A DNA stretch of 64,000 nucleotides, taken from assembly GCA_963829105.1 (NCBI GenBank), contig CAWHHF010000018.1, positions 41,374 through 105,373 of the forward strand, written 5' to 3'. Source of the stretch: an uncultured Chloroflexia bacterium (lineage in GTDB: Bacteria > Chloroflexota > Limnocylindria > Limnocylindrales > CSP1-4). Both the position numbers and the translations under genes were made by a program. Each line of letters begins with the position of its first letter. Positions within the stretch are counted from its first letter, which is position 1. Below, one piece after another: positions 1-9,711 of the stretch. The notes beneath the pieces were generated by a model that saw only the letters and a list, made by a program, of their open reading frames with translations, was not told the DNA's origin and did not search any database.

Positions 1-262
1 TGCCCGGGACGACGACGCCCCAGAACGACATCGCGGCGATCACGAACCCGACCAGCGACACGATCCAGAAGGCGGCGGCGATGGTCGTGGCCGTCTCCCC
101 CGCGAGTGACGGGACGAGCCACGACCGAGCCGCCAGCCAACCGCCGGTCTGCGTCCCGGGGTAGATCCGGATCCACGCCAGAGCGCCGAGCGCCCCGCCG
201 TGGCCGAGCCCGTGCACCAGCAGCACGCCGGCTGCGATGGCCCTGATCATCTGGTCAGACAT
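1..262 (-). CDS. Small hydrophobic membrane protein, partial (C-terminus beyond window edge), function unknown
   Basis: Own translation of the minus strand from ATG at 262..260: MSDQMIRAIAAGVLLVHGLGHGG...FWIVSLVGFVIAAMSFWGVVVPG, open to the window edge. Hydrophobic helices. Starts 5 nt after the stop of the upstream reductase gene (267). Absent from the ORF track because it runs off the window. Confidence 0.5.
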   Translation of the reverse strand, partial: MSDQMIRAIAAGVLLVHGLGHGGALGALAWIRIYPGTQTGGWLAARSWLVPSLAGETATTIAAAFWIVSLVGFVIAAMSFWGVVVPG

Positions 263-266
263 GTTG

Positions 267-704
267 CTACGCCTCCTGTGGCTCGACCCGGAACACCGGG
301 TGATCAGCTGGATCCGGAAGGGCGGCGAAGAACTCCCGCGCCCGCCAACCCATGCGCTCGCGATAGGCGGTTACGACCCGGTCGTGCTCGTCGCCGCCGA
401 CCTCGACGGCCCAGAAGGGCTCGTGCGTCCGGCCCCTCCGCAGCTCGCCCCGGCCGGCAGCGCGAAGGTTGCGGACCCAGTGGGTCTCGCCACCTCCGGA
501 GACGAGGTACCGGGCGCCCTCGACCTCGAGCGTGGGGACCGGCGTCCTGACCGGGCGGCCGGTACGGCGACCGCGGACGGTGAGCGTCGGGCCGCCGAGC
601 CAGATCGTGATGGGGTTCACGACGCGGCTCATGAAGAACCGGGAGGGCACGTAGGGCCGAGGCCCTGCCTCATGCCCGGTCATCGGATCGTCAATCGGCG
701 GCAT
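267..704 (-). CDS. Deazaflavin (F420H2)-dependent nitroreductase/quinone reductase family protein (DDN-like, PF04075-type)
   Basis: 145-aa ORF. The pattern ...LTVRGRRTGRPVRTPV...YLVSGGGETHWVRNLRAAG...RVVTAYRERMG matches my memory of the split beta-barrel DDN family. Confidence 0.8.
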   Translation of the reverse strand: MPPIDDPMTGHEAGPRPYVPSRFFMSRVVNPITIWLGGPTLTVRGRRTGRPVRTPVPTLEVEGARYLVSGGGETHWVRNLRAAGRGELRRGRTHEPFWAVEVGGDEHDRVVTAYRERMGWRAREFFAALPDPADHPVFRVEPQEA

Positions 705-921
705 CGGAATCCTCCTTCGACATGGGTGTCCGTTCGATGGCGATCAGTCCGAGGCCCGCGTCCCGCAGCCGTGTCAACAGCCCGTACAGCGCGGCCTGAT
801 CGACGGCGACGAAGATCAGCAACGAGTCGCCGCTGGGCACCAGCCGGAGCCCCTGGCAGCCCAGGAAGGCGGCGCGTCGCCGGTCGACGTGGCCTGCGAC
901 CCGGATCTCGTAGCGCTCCAT
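691..921 (-). CDS. Conserved small actinobacterial protein of unknown function (YEIRV...DQAALxGLLxRLRDxGL motif family)
   Basis: 76-aa ORF MERYEIRVAGHVD...VAVDQAALYGLLTRLRDAGLGLIAIER. It overlaps the downstream reductase start by 14 nt. The motif is recalled from many Streptomyces-type hypothetical proteins. Confidence 0.55.
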   Translation of the reverse strand: MERYEIRVAGHVDRRRAAFLGCQGLRLVPSGDSLLIFVAVDQAALYGLLTRLRDAGLGLIAIERTPMSKEDSDAAD

Positions 922-1055
922 GGCGCTGATGTTCGGGCTCGCGAGTCGCGCTCGCGCCTCGCGAAGGGCCGGTCTTTCGCTGCGGGGTTCCCCTTCCCAA
1001 AGGAGGGGAGCGGGCGAGGACGATCCGGGTCCGGAGCCTTGCGGCCGCAGCTCTA

Positions 1056-1108
1056 GGAGGTTGGTGTCAAACGGGCGTTCGCAACGGCTGACGGGCGGGC
1101 GCGGGCGC
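1056..1108. repeat. Left terminal inverted repeat of the IS1182-type element
   Basis: About 45 of 53 positions match the reverse complement of 2857-2909 by manual alignment. Confidence 0.8.
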
Positions 1109-1185
1109 AGCTACGATTCGTCTCGGGACGGGCTCCCGGATCGAACGGATGGGCACCGCCCCGGCTGATTGCAGGGAGCCCGTCG

Positions 1186-2778
1186 ATGTCGCTCGGACCC
1201 ACGCCCCGCCAGGGAGACGCCTTCCGGGACACGACCGAGTTCTGCGCCCCGAGGGTCCGGACGGACTCGATCTATGCCCTCCTCCACCGGGAGTGCCTCA
1301 ACCTCTTCCCAGACGAGCTGTTCGCCGACCTCTTCGCCGACATCGGGCGACGCTCGGTGCCGCCTCTCGTCGTGGCGGTCGTCATGGTCCTCCAGCGTCT
1401 GGAGGGCCTGTCCGACCGCGAGGCCGTCGAGCGCTTCACGTTCGACGCCCGCTGGAAGTACGCCTGCGGCGGCCTGCCCTTCGACTATCCGGGCTTCGCC
1501 CACACCGTGCTCGTCGACATGCGGGCGCGCCTTCTCCACTCGGCCCGCCCGCGACGGATCTTCGAGCGCGCCGACGAGGTGGCCCACGACGCCGGACTGG
1601 TCGGCCTCCGGCGGGTGCTCGACAGCACGCCCCTCTATGACGCGGTGGCTACCATGGACACCGTGACCCTGGTTCGCTCCGCGATCCGGGGCGTCCTCGC
1701 GGCAGCCGAGGCAGAGGAGCCGAAGCCTGTGCTCCGCGCGGTCCTGCGCCGCGACGACGACTACCGGAAAGGTGGCAAGCCCGCCTGCGACTGGGAGGAT
1801 GCCGAGTCGCGCCTGGCCCTGGTCGACGCGCTGGCCCGCGACGGCGAGGCGATGCTTGCGGCGCTCGAGGACCAGCCGCTCACGCCGCCGCTCGCCGAGG
1901 CCGCGGCCCTCCTCGCGACCGTGATCGGGCAGGATCTCGAGGAGGATCCCGACGGCCGGATCCGGATCGCCCGGCGGGTGGTTCGCGACCGGGTCATCAG
2001 CACCGTCGACCCCGACGCCCGCCACGGCCGCAAGACGAACGCCCATGCCTTCGACGGGTACAAGGGACACGTCGCGATCGATCCCGACTCCGAGCTCATC
2101 ACCGCGACCGTCGTCACGCCGGGCAACGCCGGCGACGCGAGCGTGGTGACGGAGCTGCTCGCCGCCGAGCTCGCCGCCGACGAGGCTCCCGTCGAGCCGG
2201 ATACGGAGCCGCTCACGGTGTACGGCGACTCCGCGTACGGTGCGGGGCCCGTCCTCGCGACGCTCGAAGACGCCGGCGCCGTCAGCCGCTGCAAGGTCCA
2301 GCCCTCCCACGCGCTGCCCGGTCGCTTCAGCAAGGACGAGTTCACGGTCGACCTCGCCGCCCGGACGGTCACCTGCCCGGCGGGCCGGGTCGCGTCATTC
2401 ACCGAGGGCAACCGGGAACGGCAGGCCGCCTTCGGGCGTGCCTGCGGCGCCTGCCCGCTGGTGACCCGCTGCACGACATCGCCCCATGGTCGGACGATCG
2501 AGCTCGGTCCCCACGAGGCGCTCCTCGTCGCTGGCCGGACCGCCGCTCGCGACCCCGTCTGGCGGGACGACTACCGGGCGACCCGGCCAAAGGTCGAGCG
2601 CAAGATCGCCCACCTGGTGCGCCGAAGACATGGCGGCAGGAGAGCGCGGGTCCGGGGCAGGTCGAGGGTCGGCGCCGACTTCGCGCTCTTGGCCGCCGCG
2701 GTGAACCTGGCCCGGCTCGCGAGGCTCGGGTTGTTCCGATCGGGCGGGACCTGGGTGGCAGCCACTTCGCGAGGGTGA
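1186..2778 (+). CDS. IS1182-family DDE transposase
   Basis: 530-aa ORF. N-terminal LQRLEGLSDREAVERFTFDARWKYACGGL (DUF772-type transposase N-domain), DDE region (...YGDSAYG...) and C-terminal Cys motif CGACPLVTRCTTS, typical of IS1182/IS5 transposases. Confidence 0.9.
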   Translation: MSLGPTPRQGDAFRDTTEFCAPRVRTDSIYALLHRECLNLFPDELFADLFADIGRRSVPPLVVAVVMVLQRLEGLSDREAVERFTFDARWKYACGGLPFDYPGFAHTVLVDMRARLLHSARPRRIFERADEVAHDAGLVGLRRVLDSTPLYDAVATMDTVTLVRSAIRGVLAAAEAEEPKPVLRAVLRRDDDYRKGGKPACDWEDAESRLALVDALARDGEAMLAALEDQPLTPPLAEAAALLATVIGQDLEEDPDGRIRIARRVVRDRVISTVDPDARHGRKTNAHAFDGYKGHVAIDPDSELITATVVTPGNAGDASVVTELLAAELAADEAPVEPDTEPLTVYGDSAYGAGPVLATLEDAGAVSRCKVQPSHALPGRFSKDEFTVDLAARTVTCPAGRVASFTEGNRERQAAFGRACGACPLVTRCTTSPHGRTIELGPHEALLVAGRTAARDPVWRDDYRATRPKVERKIAHLVRRRHGGRRARVRGRSRVGADFALLAAAVNLARLARLGLFRSGGTWVAATSRG

Positions 2779-2856
2779 AGAACGGGCGCAGGACGGCGCT
2801 CAGCGCCCTCGGGTGAGTGCCCGCCCGGCCCCCAGCTCTGGGATCCGCGCACTTTG

Positions 2857-2909
2857 GCGCCCCCGCCCTCCCGTCAGGCGTTCAGAATGCCCGTTCGACA
2901 CCAACCACC
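2857..2909. repeat. Right terminal inverted repeat of the IS1182-type element
   Basis: Reverse complement aligns to 1056-1108. Its last base (C2909) is the first base of the complement of the LuxR stop codon. Confidence 0.8.
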
Positions 2910-5662
2910 TAGACCAGGCCTGCCTGCTGGGCGCGCAGGACCGCCTGGGTTCGGCTCGTCGCGCCGAGCTTGGCCAGCACGTGGCCGACATGCCACTTCG
3001 CCGTGCCGAGCGAGACCGTCAGGCCGGCGGCGATCTCCGCGTTGCTCGCGCCCCGTGCGAGCAGCCTCAGGACGTCAAGCTCACGGGGGGTGAGCGTCTC
3101 GAGGAGACGCCCATCGGCTTCCTGCCACACCGTTGCTCCCGGAACGTGCGGTCGCGGCGCGCCGGCCTGGGCCGGATCCGCGGCGAGGGCGGCGATCAGC
3201 ACGTCGACGAACCCGGGCGCGGCCGCGCGGACGAGGGGCAGGAGATGAGCGACGCTCTTCCCGTCATCCACGAAGCGCCGGACATAGCCGCCAGGGGCGG
3301 CGAGATCGACTGCCTGCCCCAGCGCTCGCAGTGCCTCCGCCCCGCGATCCTGCGCCTCCGCACAGGCCGCCTCCAGGACGCCGATCGAGACCAGGTCGAC
3401 GACGGCTCCGGAAGCTTCCTGGGCCACCCTGGTCCGAGCCAGCAGCTCGCGAGCCTCGTCGGGCCTCCCCTGCGCCAGGCGCACCCGCGCGATCGTCGTG
3501 ACCATCGAGCGACGCAGGATCTCCAGCAGCGGTGAGCCGGGCGGTGCGTCGGGTGTCGCGCGTTCCGCCCAGCGCCCGGCGCCGGCAACATCGCCCTGCT
3601 GCAGGAGGATCCGGGCCTCGATCTCGCCCGCGAGCCCCGGGAGCGCCATGCCGGTCGTCCGCTCGTCACGCTGGCTGGTGCGGAGCGCCTCGAGCGCACC
3701 TTCCTGGTCGCCATAGGCGAGGCGAACGAGCGCAAGGTACGAGATCGCCCAACCGAGCACCGGGCGCCCGATCCCCATCCGACGCGCCGCCTCGAATCCC
3801 GCCTCGAGCTCGCGACGGGCTTCGACGAGGTCGTTGGCTTCGTAGCGGACCATGCCGAGCACCACCCGGGCCGGCCAGGCGATCGGTCGCGGTCGGCCCT
3901 GCCCATCGGCCTGCTCCGCGAGGACGGTGCGGCAGATTGTCTCCGCCTCGCCGCGGAGGCCGGCGAGGGCCAGGGCCTGGCCGAATGGGCTGACCGCCGG
4001 CAGGACGGCCATCGGGTTTCCCGTCTGGAGCGCTGCCCGGTACCCCGCCCGCAGCGTGTCTACGGCGAGCGCGTATTGCCCGCGCGCGAACGTTGCGAGG
4101 CCCGCGGCCAGGAGCCCGAAAGAACGGAACAGTGGATCGTCGCCCAAGAGCTCGATCCCTTCGATCGCCAGGCTCTCGGCGTCCGGCCCGGTCACCGTCG
4201 CCATGAGCGCACGGAGGATGAGCAGCCGTCCCTCGGCTGGGCCGCGCCCGCCGGACGAGGCGAGGTGACGCTCGGCGAGGGCCACGGCGGCCCCCATCCG
4301 GCCCGTCTCGAACAACGCCCAGGCCTGGAGCGACACGAGCCCCGGGCTCGCGGCGACGCGCTCCGGAGGCAGGGCCTCGAGCCAGCCCACGAGCGTCGAG
4401 AGCTCCCCGGCCTCGAAGGCCGGCCGGGCCGCCCGCTCCACGAGGTCCACCGCCTTCTCGACCGAGTCGGCGGCCAGCGCGTGGCCGATCGCCTCGGACA
4501 CGAGGCCGGCAAGGTCGAAGAAGTCGGCCGCCCGTTCATGGAGCATGCGCCGTTCCGGATCGCGGACCTGCGAGCGGAGGTAGTCGGCAAAGAGGCCGTG
4601 GTACCGATACCAGCGCCGCTCGGCATCGAGCGGCACGAGGAACAGGTTGGCTCGCTCCGCGCGCTCGAGGAGCGAGCCCGCGTCGTCGCGGCCCGTGAGC
4701 GCGCGGCACAGCTCCACGGTGAACCGCTCGGCGATCGAGGTCTGGACGAGGAACTCCCGGAGCTCCTCGTCGACCCCGCCGAGGACCTCGTCGGCTAGGT
4801 AGTCGAACACGAACCGGTGACTGCCCCCGAACGCCTCGACCATGGCGTCCGGATTGGGACGGTCTCGCAGCGAGATCGCCGCCAGCTGCAGGCCGGCGAC
4901 CCAGCCCTCGGTCCGTTCGACGAGGCGCTCGACCATCGACGGCGTGAGGTCCACCCCTGCCCCGGCAAGGTACCTCGAGGCCTCCTCGCCGGTGCAGCGC
5001 AGGTCATCGACGCGCAGCTCGACGAGCCGTCCGTGGGCTCGAAGGCGGGGCAGCGGAAGCGGCGGGTCTTCGCGGGTGAGCAGCACCAGGTGGACGAACG
5101 GCGGTCCGCGCTCGATCAGGACGCGGACCAGACGGTGGATGGCCTCCGCCGTGATGACCTGGTAGTCGTCGAGCACCAGCACGAGCGGGTCGTCGCTCGC
5201 CGCCAGCTCGTCGAGGAGGGTGGCCGCGACGAGCTCGGGGTCCGGCGCCGCTCCGGGACCGAACAGGTCCGTCGTCGCGTCGCCGGTTCCCGGCCGCACC
5301 GCCGACATCGCCGCGGCGAGGTACCGGGCGAACCGGGCGAGATCGTTGTCCGCTGCATCGAGGGACAGCCAGGCGCGGGCGAGGCCGCGCGACTCGATCC
5401 AGCCGGCGAGGGCCATCGTCTTGCCGTACCCCGGCGGCGCGGACAGCAGCACCAGGCGGACGTTGTCGTCGAGGGCCCGGTCGAGGAGCGCGTTGAGCCG
5501 GGCCCGCTCACCATAGCTGGAGCCTGGAGCGGGCATCACGAGCTTCGTCCGGACGAGCGGGACGGCAGCCCGCGATGACGCCCCTCCGGCGTCCCGGCTG
5601 ACCGTCGTGCTGCGGGCAGTTCCCAGTGAGTCCATCGGCATGTCTAGAGTAGAGGCTGCCAA
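2909..5662 (-). CDS. Large ATP-binding LuxR-family regulator (MalT/LAL type: AAA ATPase + TPR-like repeats + C-terminal LuxR HTH)
   Basis: 917-aa ORF. Walker A LLSAPPGYGKT, long helical repeat region, and C-terminal LTPRELDVLRLLARGASNAEIAAGLTVSLGTAKWHVGHVLAKLG. Confidence 0.9.
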   Translation of the reverse strand: MAASTLDMPMDSLGTARSTTVSRDAGGASSRAAVPLVRTKLVMPAPGSSYGERARLNALLDRALDDNVRLVLLSAPPGYGKTMALAGWIESRGLARAWLSLDAADNDLARFARYLAAAMSAVRPGTGDATTDLFGPGAAPDPELVAATLLDELAASDDPLVLVLDDYQVITAEAIHRLVRVLIERGPPFVHLVLLTREDPPLPLPRLRAHGRLVELRVDDLRCTGEEASRYLAGAGVDLTPSMVERLVERTEGWVAGLQLAAISLRDRPNPDAMVEAFGGSHRFVFDYLADEVLGGVDEELREFLVQTSIAERFTVELCRALTGRDDAGSLLERAERANLFLVPLDAERRWYRYHGLFADYLRSQVRDPERRMLHERAADFFDLAGLVSEAIGHALAADSVEKAVDLVERAARPAFEAGELSTLVGWLEALPPERVAASPGLVSLQAWALFETGRMGAAVALAERHLASSGGRGPAEGRLLILRALMATVTGPDAESLAIEGIELLGDDPLFRSFGLLAAGLATFARGQYALAVDTLRAGYRAALQTGNPMAVLPAVSPFGQALALAGLRGEAETICRTVLAEQADGQGRPRPIAWPARVVLGMVRYEANDLVEARRELEAGFEAARRMGIGRPVLGWAISYLALVRLAYGDQEGALEALRTSQRDERTTGMALPGLAGEIEARILLQQGDVAGAGRWAERATPDAPPGSPLLEILRRSMVTTIARVRLAQGRPDEARELLARTRVAQEASGAVVDLVSIGVLEAACAEAQDRGAEALRALGQAVDLAAPGGYVRRFVDDGKSVAHLLPLVRAAAPGFVDVLIAALAADPAQAGAPRPHVPGATVWQEADGRLLETLTPRELDVLRLLARGASNAEIAAGLTVSLGTAKWHVGHVLAKLGATSRTQAVLRAQQAGLV

Positions 5663-5944
5663 CAGCCCCTCAGGAACCGTTCAGCGTGGCAACGGGCGGC
5701 TCGAGCGTCTGACCGTGGGCGATCCGGGACGACGGGCGACAGCTCAGAGGTCGCTGGCGTCCCATCGTGGTAGCCGTCGCATAGCTGCGGCCGCGATCGC
5801 AGCCTTGCCGCGGGACCAAGGCCAATCCGTGCGCGCAGGCCGCCGAAGTGGGCGACCGCGTCACCGTCCGAGCCTGCGATTGGCCCCATGACGGGCCGCC
5901 GTCGATCCGGTCGATGACGGCCCGCCTCCTACGGTCACGACGTG

Positions 5945-6412
5945 TCAGTCGGGCCGTGGCTCCAGGATGACGACCTGGGTCTGCCGCGATCTCAAGGCGG
6001 CGTAGGCATCGAGCTCCTTGTTGTAGACCGACCAGCTGGCCCACAGGCGAAGGCGCTCGGCCTCGTTGGCGGCGCGTCCGTGGACTGGGCGTGACCCGTC
6101 CACGAGGTCGACGATGGCGTCCGGGTGCGCCAGGAGGTTGAGCCACCAGGCGGGCTCGGGGTCGGCCCAGCCGTTCATGGCCTTGGTGACGAGGTTGGGC
6201 CCGTCCTCGATGTAGCCGAGGATGGCGATGCGCTCCCTGCCGGTGTGACGCCCGACCGTGCGCAGGCGCAGCATGCCCCAGCGATCGGCCGTCGGGCGTC
6301 GAAGGGCGCGACGGCCGCCCGTGATCGAGTAGATGGCACGGTGGGCCACCCACGCGGCGCGGACGAACCAGCGGGGCGGCAGGGGCGCAGGCCGCTGCGG
6401 CTCCGTGCTCAC
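5945..6412 (-). CDS. Deazaflavin (F420H2)-dependent reductase family protein (DDN-like), paralogue of 27519..28001
   Basis: 155-aa ORF with ...WGMLRLRTVGRHTGRERIAILGYIEDGPNLVTKAMNGWADPEPAWWLNL.... Roughly two-thirds identical by eye to the 27519..28001 product. 4-nt overlap with the upstream DUF4386 gene. Confidence 0.85.
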   Translation of the reverse strand: MSTEPQRPAPLPPRWFVRAAWVAHRAIYSITGGRRALRRPTADRWGMLRLRTVGRHTGRERIAILGYIEDGPNLVTKAMNGWADPEPAWWLNLLAHPDAIVDLVDGSRPVHGRAANEAERLRLWASWSVYNKELDAYAALRSRQTQVVILEPRPD

Positions 6413-7155
6413 ACTGCGCCCGCCCCTGCCAGCGAGGTCTCGATCGCGGGCGCCGAGGCGGTGGCGGGCGCCGAGGCGACCGCCCGCGGGTTGAAGCCCC
6501 TGGTGATCAGCCAGACCGCGAGGACCATCTCCTGCACGGCGATGGGAAGAGCCAGGACGAGCTGGGGCGTCGACATCGGTGCGACCAGACCGAGCATGAC
6601 GAGGACGCCGGACACCATGACCGAAGCGATGGCAACCAGACCCCAGGCCGACAGCCAGCGGGGAACGAGCCGCGATCGGTAGAACACCAGGTAGTACATG
6701 AGACCCCCGAGGCCAAAGACCAGCACCGCCACCTCGCCCAGCAAATCACGGGCTGCCATCACGAGCGCGGCTGCGGCCTCGTAGGCCGATGACGCCGGAG
6801 TTCCGGCGCTCGCGGATTCGCGACTCACGGCCACCATCACCAGCAGGCAGACGACGATGCCGAGATAGAGCGCCGCCTCGATGAGCCTGAAGCCAACAGA
6901 CCCAAGCGCCAGACCTTCGTCGTGCTGCTTCAGGACCGGGTAGAGCGCAATGGCGATGCCGGCCGCGGCCGCCGCCCCGATCGCAAGGAAGAGAGCCCCC
7001 AGCAGGACCTGGCCCTCGTTGGCCGAGATCCCGGCGAGGTAATCGGGGGCGCCCAGGATCGGCTGCACGAACACCAGTCGCGAGATCACGTCCGCAGCCG
7101 TCGCGATGATGAACAGCACTCCCGCGGCAACGGCGAACCTTCGGTTCGAATTCAT
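6409..7155 (-). CDS. DUF4386-family polytopic membrane protein
   Basis: Start set at the internal ATG (7155) preceded by AGGAGTGAGGAAG. Product MNSNRRFAVAAGVLFIIATA...YRSRLVPRWLSAWGL...LPIAVQEMVLAVWLITRGF matches the DUF4386 pattern. The longer track ORF (to 7749) has a non-protein-like N-terminus. Confidence 0.8.
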   Translation of the reverse strand: MNSNRRFAVAAGVLFIIATAADVISRLVFVQPILGAPDYLAGISANEGQVLLGALFLAIGAAAAAGIAIALYPVLKQHDEGLALGSVGFRLIEAALYLGIVVCLLVMVAVSRESASAGTPASSAYEAAAALVMAARDLLGEVAVLVFGLGGLMYYLVFYRSRLVPRWLSAWGLVAIASVMVSGVLVMLGLVAPMSTPQLVLALPIAVQEMVLAVWLITRGFNPRAVASAPATASAPAIETSLAGAGAV

Positions 7156-7315
7156 CTTCCTCACTCCTGTTCTTGGGCAGGCCGACTCTGGCCGGTCCCG
7201 CGTCATGCTTGCCACGCTAGGGCCGACGGGGGCGCACCGGCATCGATGGGATTCGTGATCCGGTAGCGAGCTGACCGGCGTGGGCACCCGCGACGCGGAG
7301 TAACGTGCTAGCACA

Positions 7316-9616
7316 ATGGCCAGGCCCATCCGCCGCCCGGGCAACCTGCCGGCCGAAGCGACGAGCTTCATCGGCCGTCGCCGTGAGCTCGCCGAGCTCA
7401 GGAAGAAGCTCACGACGGCCCGCCTGGTCAGCCTCGTCGGCCCGGGCGGCGTCGGCAAGACCCGCCTCGCGATCCGGGGCGGGACCGATCTCAGGCGCCG
7501 CTTCCGGGACGGCGCATGGCTCGTTGAGCTCGCCGAGGTTCGGGATCCCGCATTCGTCGCCAACGCCACGCTGGCGGCCCTGGACCTGCGCGACCAGGCC
7601 GCGACCGAGCCACGGGCCCTCCTGCTCTCGTACCTGCGGGACAAGGAGCTGTTGCTCGTGGTGGACAACTGCGAGCACCTGCTCGGAGCTGCCGCGGTGC
7701 TCGTGACCGACATCCTCAAGGCCGCGCCCGGCGTGCGGGCTGTCGCCACGAGCCGCGAGCCGCTGTCGGTTCCGGGTGAGCACGTCCTCCCGATCCCACC
7801 GCTCGAGCTGCCTCGAGCCCAGGCCGACGAGTCGCTCGATCAGCTCCGCCAGAACGAGTCGGTCGAGCTGTTCACCGAGCGCGCTTCGGCGGCGTCGGGC
7901 GGGTTCGAGCTGACCGCCTCCAACCAGGCGGCGGTCGTGGACCTGTGCCGTCGCCTCGACGGGCTGCCCCTCGCGATCGAGCTCGCGGCGGTCAGGACGC
8001 GGGTCCTCTCGGTGGAGCAGATCCTCGATCGCCTGGCCGACCGGTTCGGCCTGCTCACGGGGGGAAGTCGCGCGGCCCTGCCGCGTCATCAGACCCTGCG
8101 AACCACCATCGAATGGAGTCACGACCTGCTGGGATCGGACGAGCGGACGCTCTTGCGGCGCCTGTGCGTGTTCGCAGGCAGGTTCACGCTCGAGGACGTC
8201 GAGTCGGTGTGTACGTCCGACGACGTGCCGGCGGCGCATGTCCTGGACGTGCTGTCATCGCTGGTCGACAAGTCGCTCGTGATGAAGCAGGACGCACCAG
8301 GTCTCGCCTGCTACCGGCTGCACGAGACGATGCGCGAGTTCGCCGGCCTCAAGTTGCGAGAGGCCGGCGAGCAGGACGCCGTCGAGCTGCGTTGCGTCGA
8401 CTACTACGTCTCGAGGTGTCTGCGATCTGAACAGGCGGCCCAGGATCGGCTGGTCGAGTGGCTCGAATGGATGGACCTGGAGATCGACAACATCCGCTGG
8501 GTCCTCCGGCGATGCCTGACGCACGCGGACATCTCACGCGGAATGGATCTCGCTGCCTCCATCCGTGGGTACTGGGGCACGCATGCGACCAGCGAAGGCG
8601 TGCGGTGGCTGGACGAGCTCCTCGCGACCGGACTCGGGGATCCGGAGCCGCGGGCTCGGGCTGAGTACCTGCGTGGCTTCCTGGCCGTGTTGCTGGTAGA
8701 TCCGACCGCTGCCAGGCCGGCCCTCGAACGAGCGGCTGCGGCGGATCGAGCAGCCGGCCGCCTCCGCCCGCTGGCCTCATCACTCTCCATGGCCTCGATC
8801 GCCGCGAACATGGCGGGTGATCGGGCGTCCGCCAGGCGTCTGCTCGACGAGGCCCAGGCCGTGACGGCCGGCCTCGGGGACGTCCCGACAACGCTCGCGC
8901 TACTGCAGGCTCGATCGCTCGATGGCTTCTTCGGGGGTGACCTCGGGGCGGCGACATCCGCGTCCTCGGAGGGCCTGCGTCTCAGCCGGGAGCTGGGGGA
9001 CCTCTACACGCTCAAGGTCTGGCTGCTGAACCTGGGCACGGTCGCCCTGATCGCCGGTGATCTTGGCGCGTCAAAGCCCCTGCTCGCAGAGGCGCTGCGG
9101 ATTGCCCACCAGATGGATGACCGGGTGCAGCTGGCGTACCTCCTCGACGCATCGGGCTGCCACGCCGCCGGCTCCGGGCAGGCGCGGCTCGCCGCACAGC
9201 TGCTCGGAGCTGCGCATGCCGTCCGCACGGGGACCGGCGCCAGCGTCATGCCGTTCCTCGCTCCCCTCGTCGGCCAGGCGAAGGCGTCGGCGAACGCAGC
9301 GCTGGGCGCATCCAGGTTCGAGGCCGAATGCAAGGCCGGAAGCCGATTGAGCCGGGACGCCGCGGTGCGGCTCGCACTCGGTGAACCCGGCCACGTGGCC
9401 GCCGCGGCTTCGTACAGTGCGGGCGCGGGGTTGCTCGCGAAGCGCGAGGCGGAGGTCGCGCGGCTGGTCGCCGACGGGCTGAGCAACAAGGAGATCGGGG
9501 CACGCCTGTTCATCTCCGAGCACACCGTCGACAGCCACGTCCGCAGCATCCTGAACAAGCTCGGATGCAACTCACGTGCTCAGATCGCCGCGTGGATGGC
9601 GTCGTCGGACCAGTAG
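7316..9616 (+). CDS. ATP-binding LuxR-family regulator (NB-ARC/AAA ATPase + TPR + LuxR HTH)
   Basis: 766-aa ORF. FIGRRRELAELRK...LVSLVGPGGVGKTRLA and C-terminal LAKREAEVARLVADGLSNKEIGARLFISEHTVDSHVRSILNKLG. Confidence 0.9.
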   Translation: MARPIRRPGNLPAEATSFIGRRRELAELRKKLTTARLVSLVGPGGVGKTRLAIRGGTDLRRRFRDGAWLVELAEVRDPAFVANATLAALDLRDQAATEPRALLLSYLRDKELLLVVDNCEHLLGAAAVLVTDILKAAPGVRAVATSREPLSVPGEHVLPIPPLELPRAQADESLDQLRQNESVELFTERASAASGGFELTASNQAAVVDLCRRLDGLPLAIELAAVRTRVLSVEQILDRLADRFGLLTGGSRAALPRHQTLRTTIEWSHDLLGSDERTLLRRLCVFAGRFTLEDVESVCTSDDVPAAHVLDVLSSLVDKSLVMKQDAPGLACYRLHETMREFAGLKLREAGEQDAVELRCVDYYVSRCLRSEQAAQDRLVEWLEWMDLEIDNIRWVLRRCLTHADISRGMDLAASIRGYWGTHATSEGVRWLDELLATGLGDPEPRARAEYLRGFLAVLLVDPTAARPALERAAAADRAAGRLRPLASSLSMASIAANMAGDRASARRLLDEAQAVTAGLGDVPTTLALLQARSLDGFFGGDLGAATSASSEGLRLSRELGDLYTLKVWLLNLGTVALIAGDLGASKPLLAEALRIAHQMDDRVQLAYLLDASGCHAAGSGQARLAAQLLGAAHAVRTGTGASVMPFLAPLVGQAKASANAALGASRFEAECKAGSRLSRDAAVRLALGEPGHVAAAASYSAGAGLLAKREAEVARLVADGLSNKEIGARLFISEHTVDSHVRSILNKLGCNSRAQIAAWMASSDQ

Positions 9617-9711
9617 CGGACGCCGCAGGCGAGCTGGTCGAGACGACACTACCTACCCGATCACGAATCCCATCGATGGCGGCCGGCGCGTGCGCACCTA
9701 GGGTGGTGAGC

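Larger units (their letters stand above)
1056..2909 (+). mobile_element. Intact IS1182/IS5-type insertion sequence (1854 bp) with about 53-bp imperfect terminal inverted repeats and a TA flank duplication
   Basis: Left end GGAGGTTGGTGTCAAACGGGCGTTCGCAACGGCTGACGGG... (1056 onward). The reverse complement of the right end is GGTGGTTGGTGTCGAACGGGCATTCTGAACGCCTGACGGG... (ending at 2909). TA at 1054-1055 and at 2910-2911. A single 530-aa transposase gene lies between 130-bp non-coding ends. Confidence 0.85.

Noticed and set aside
1111-2310. 399-aa minus-strand ORF inside the IS element
   Set aside because: It is antisense to the homology-supported IS1182 transposase. Its Arg/Gly/Asp/His-rich, low-complexity composition is typical of shadow ORFs in high-GC DNA.
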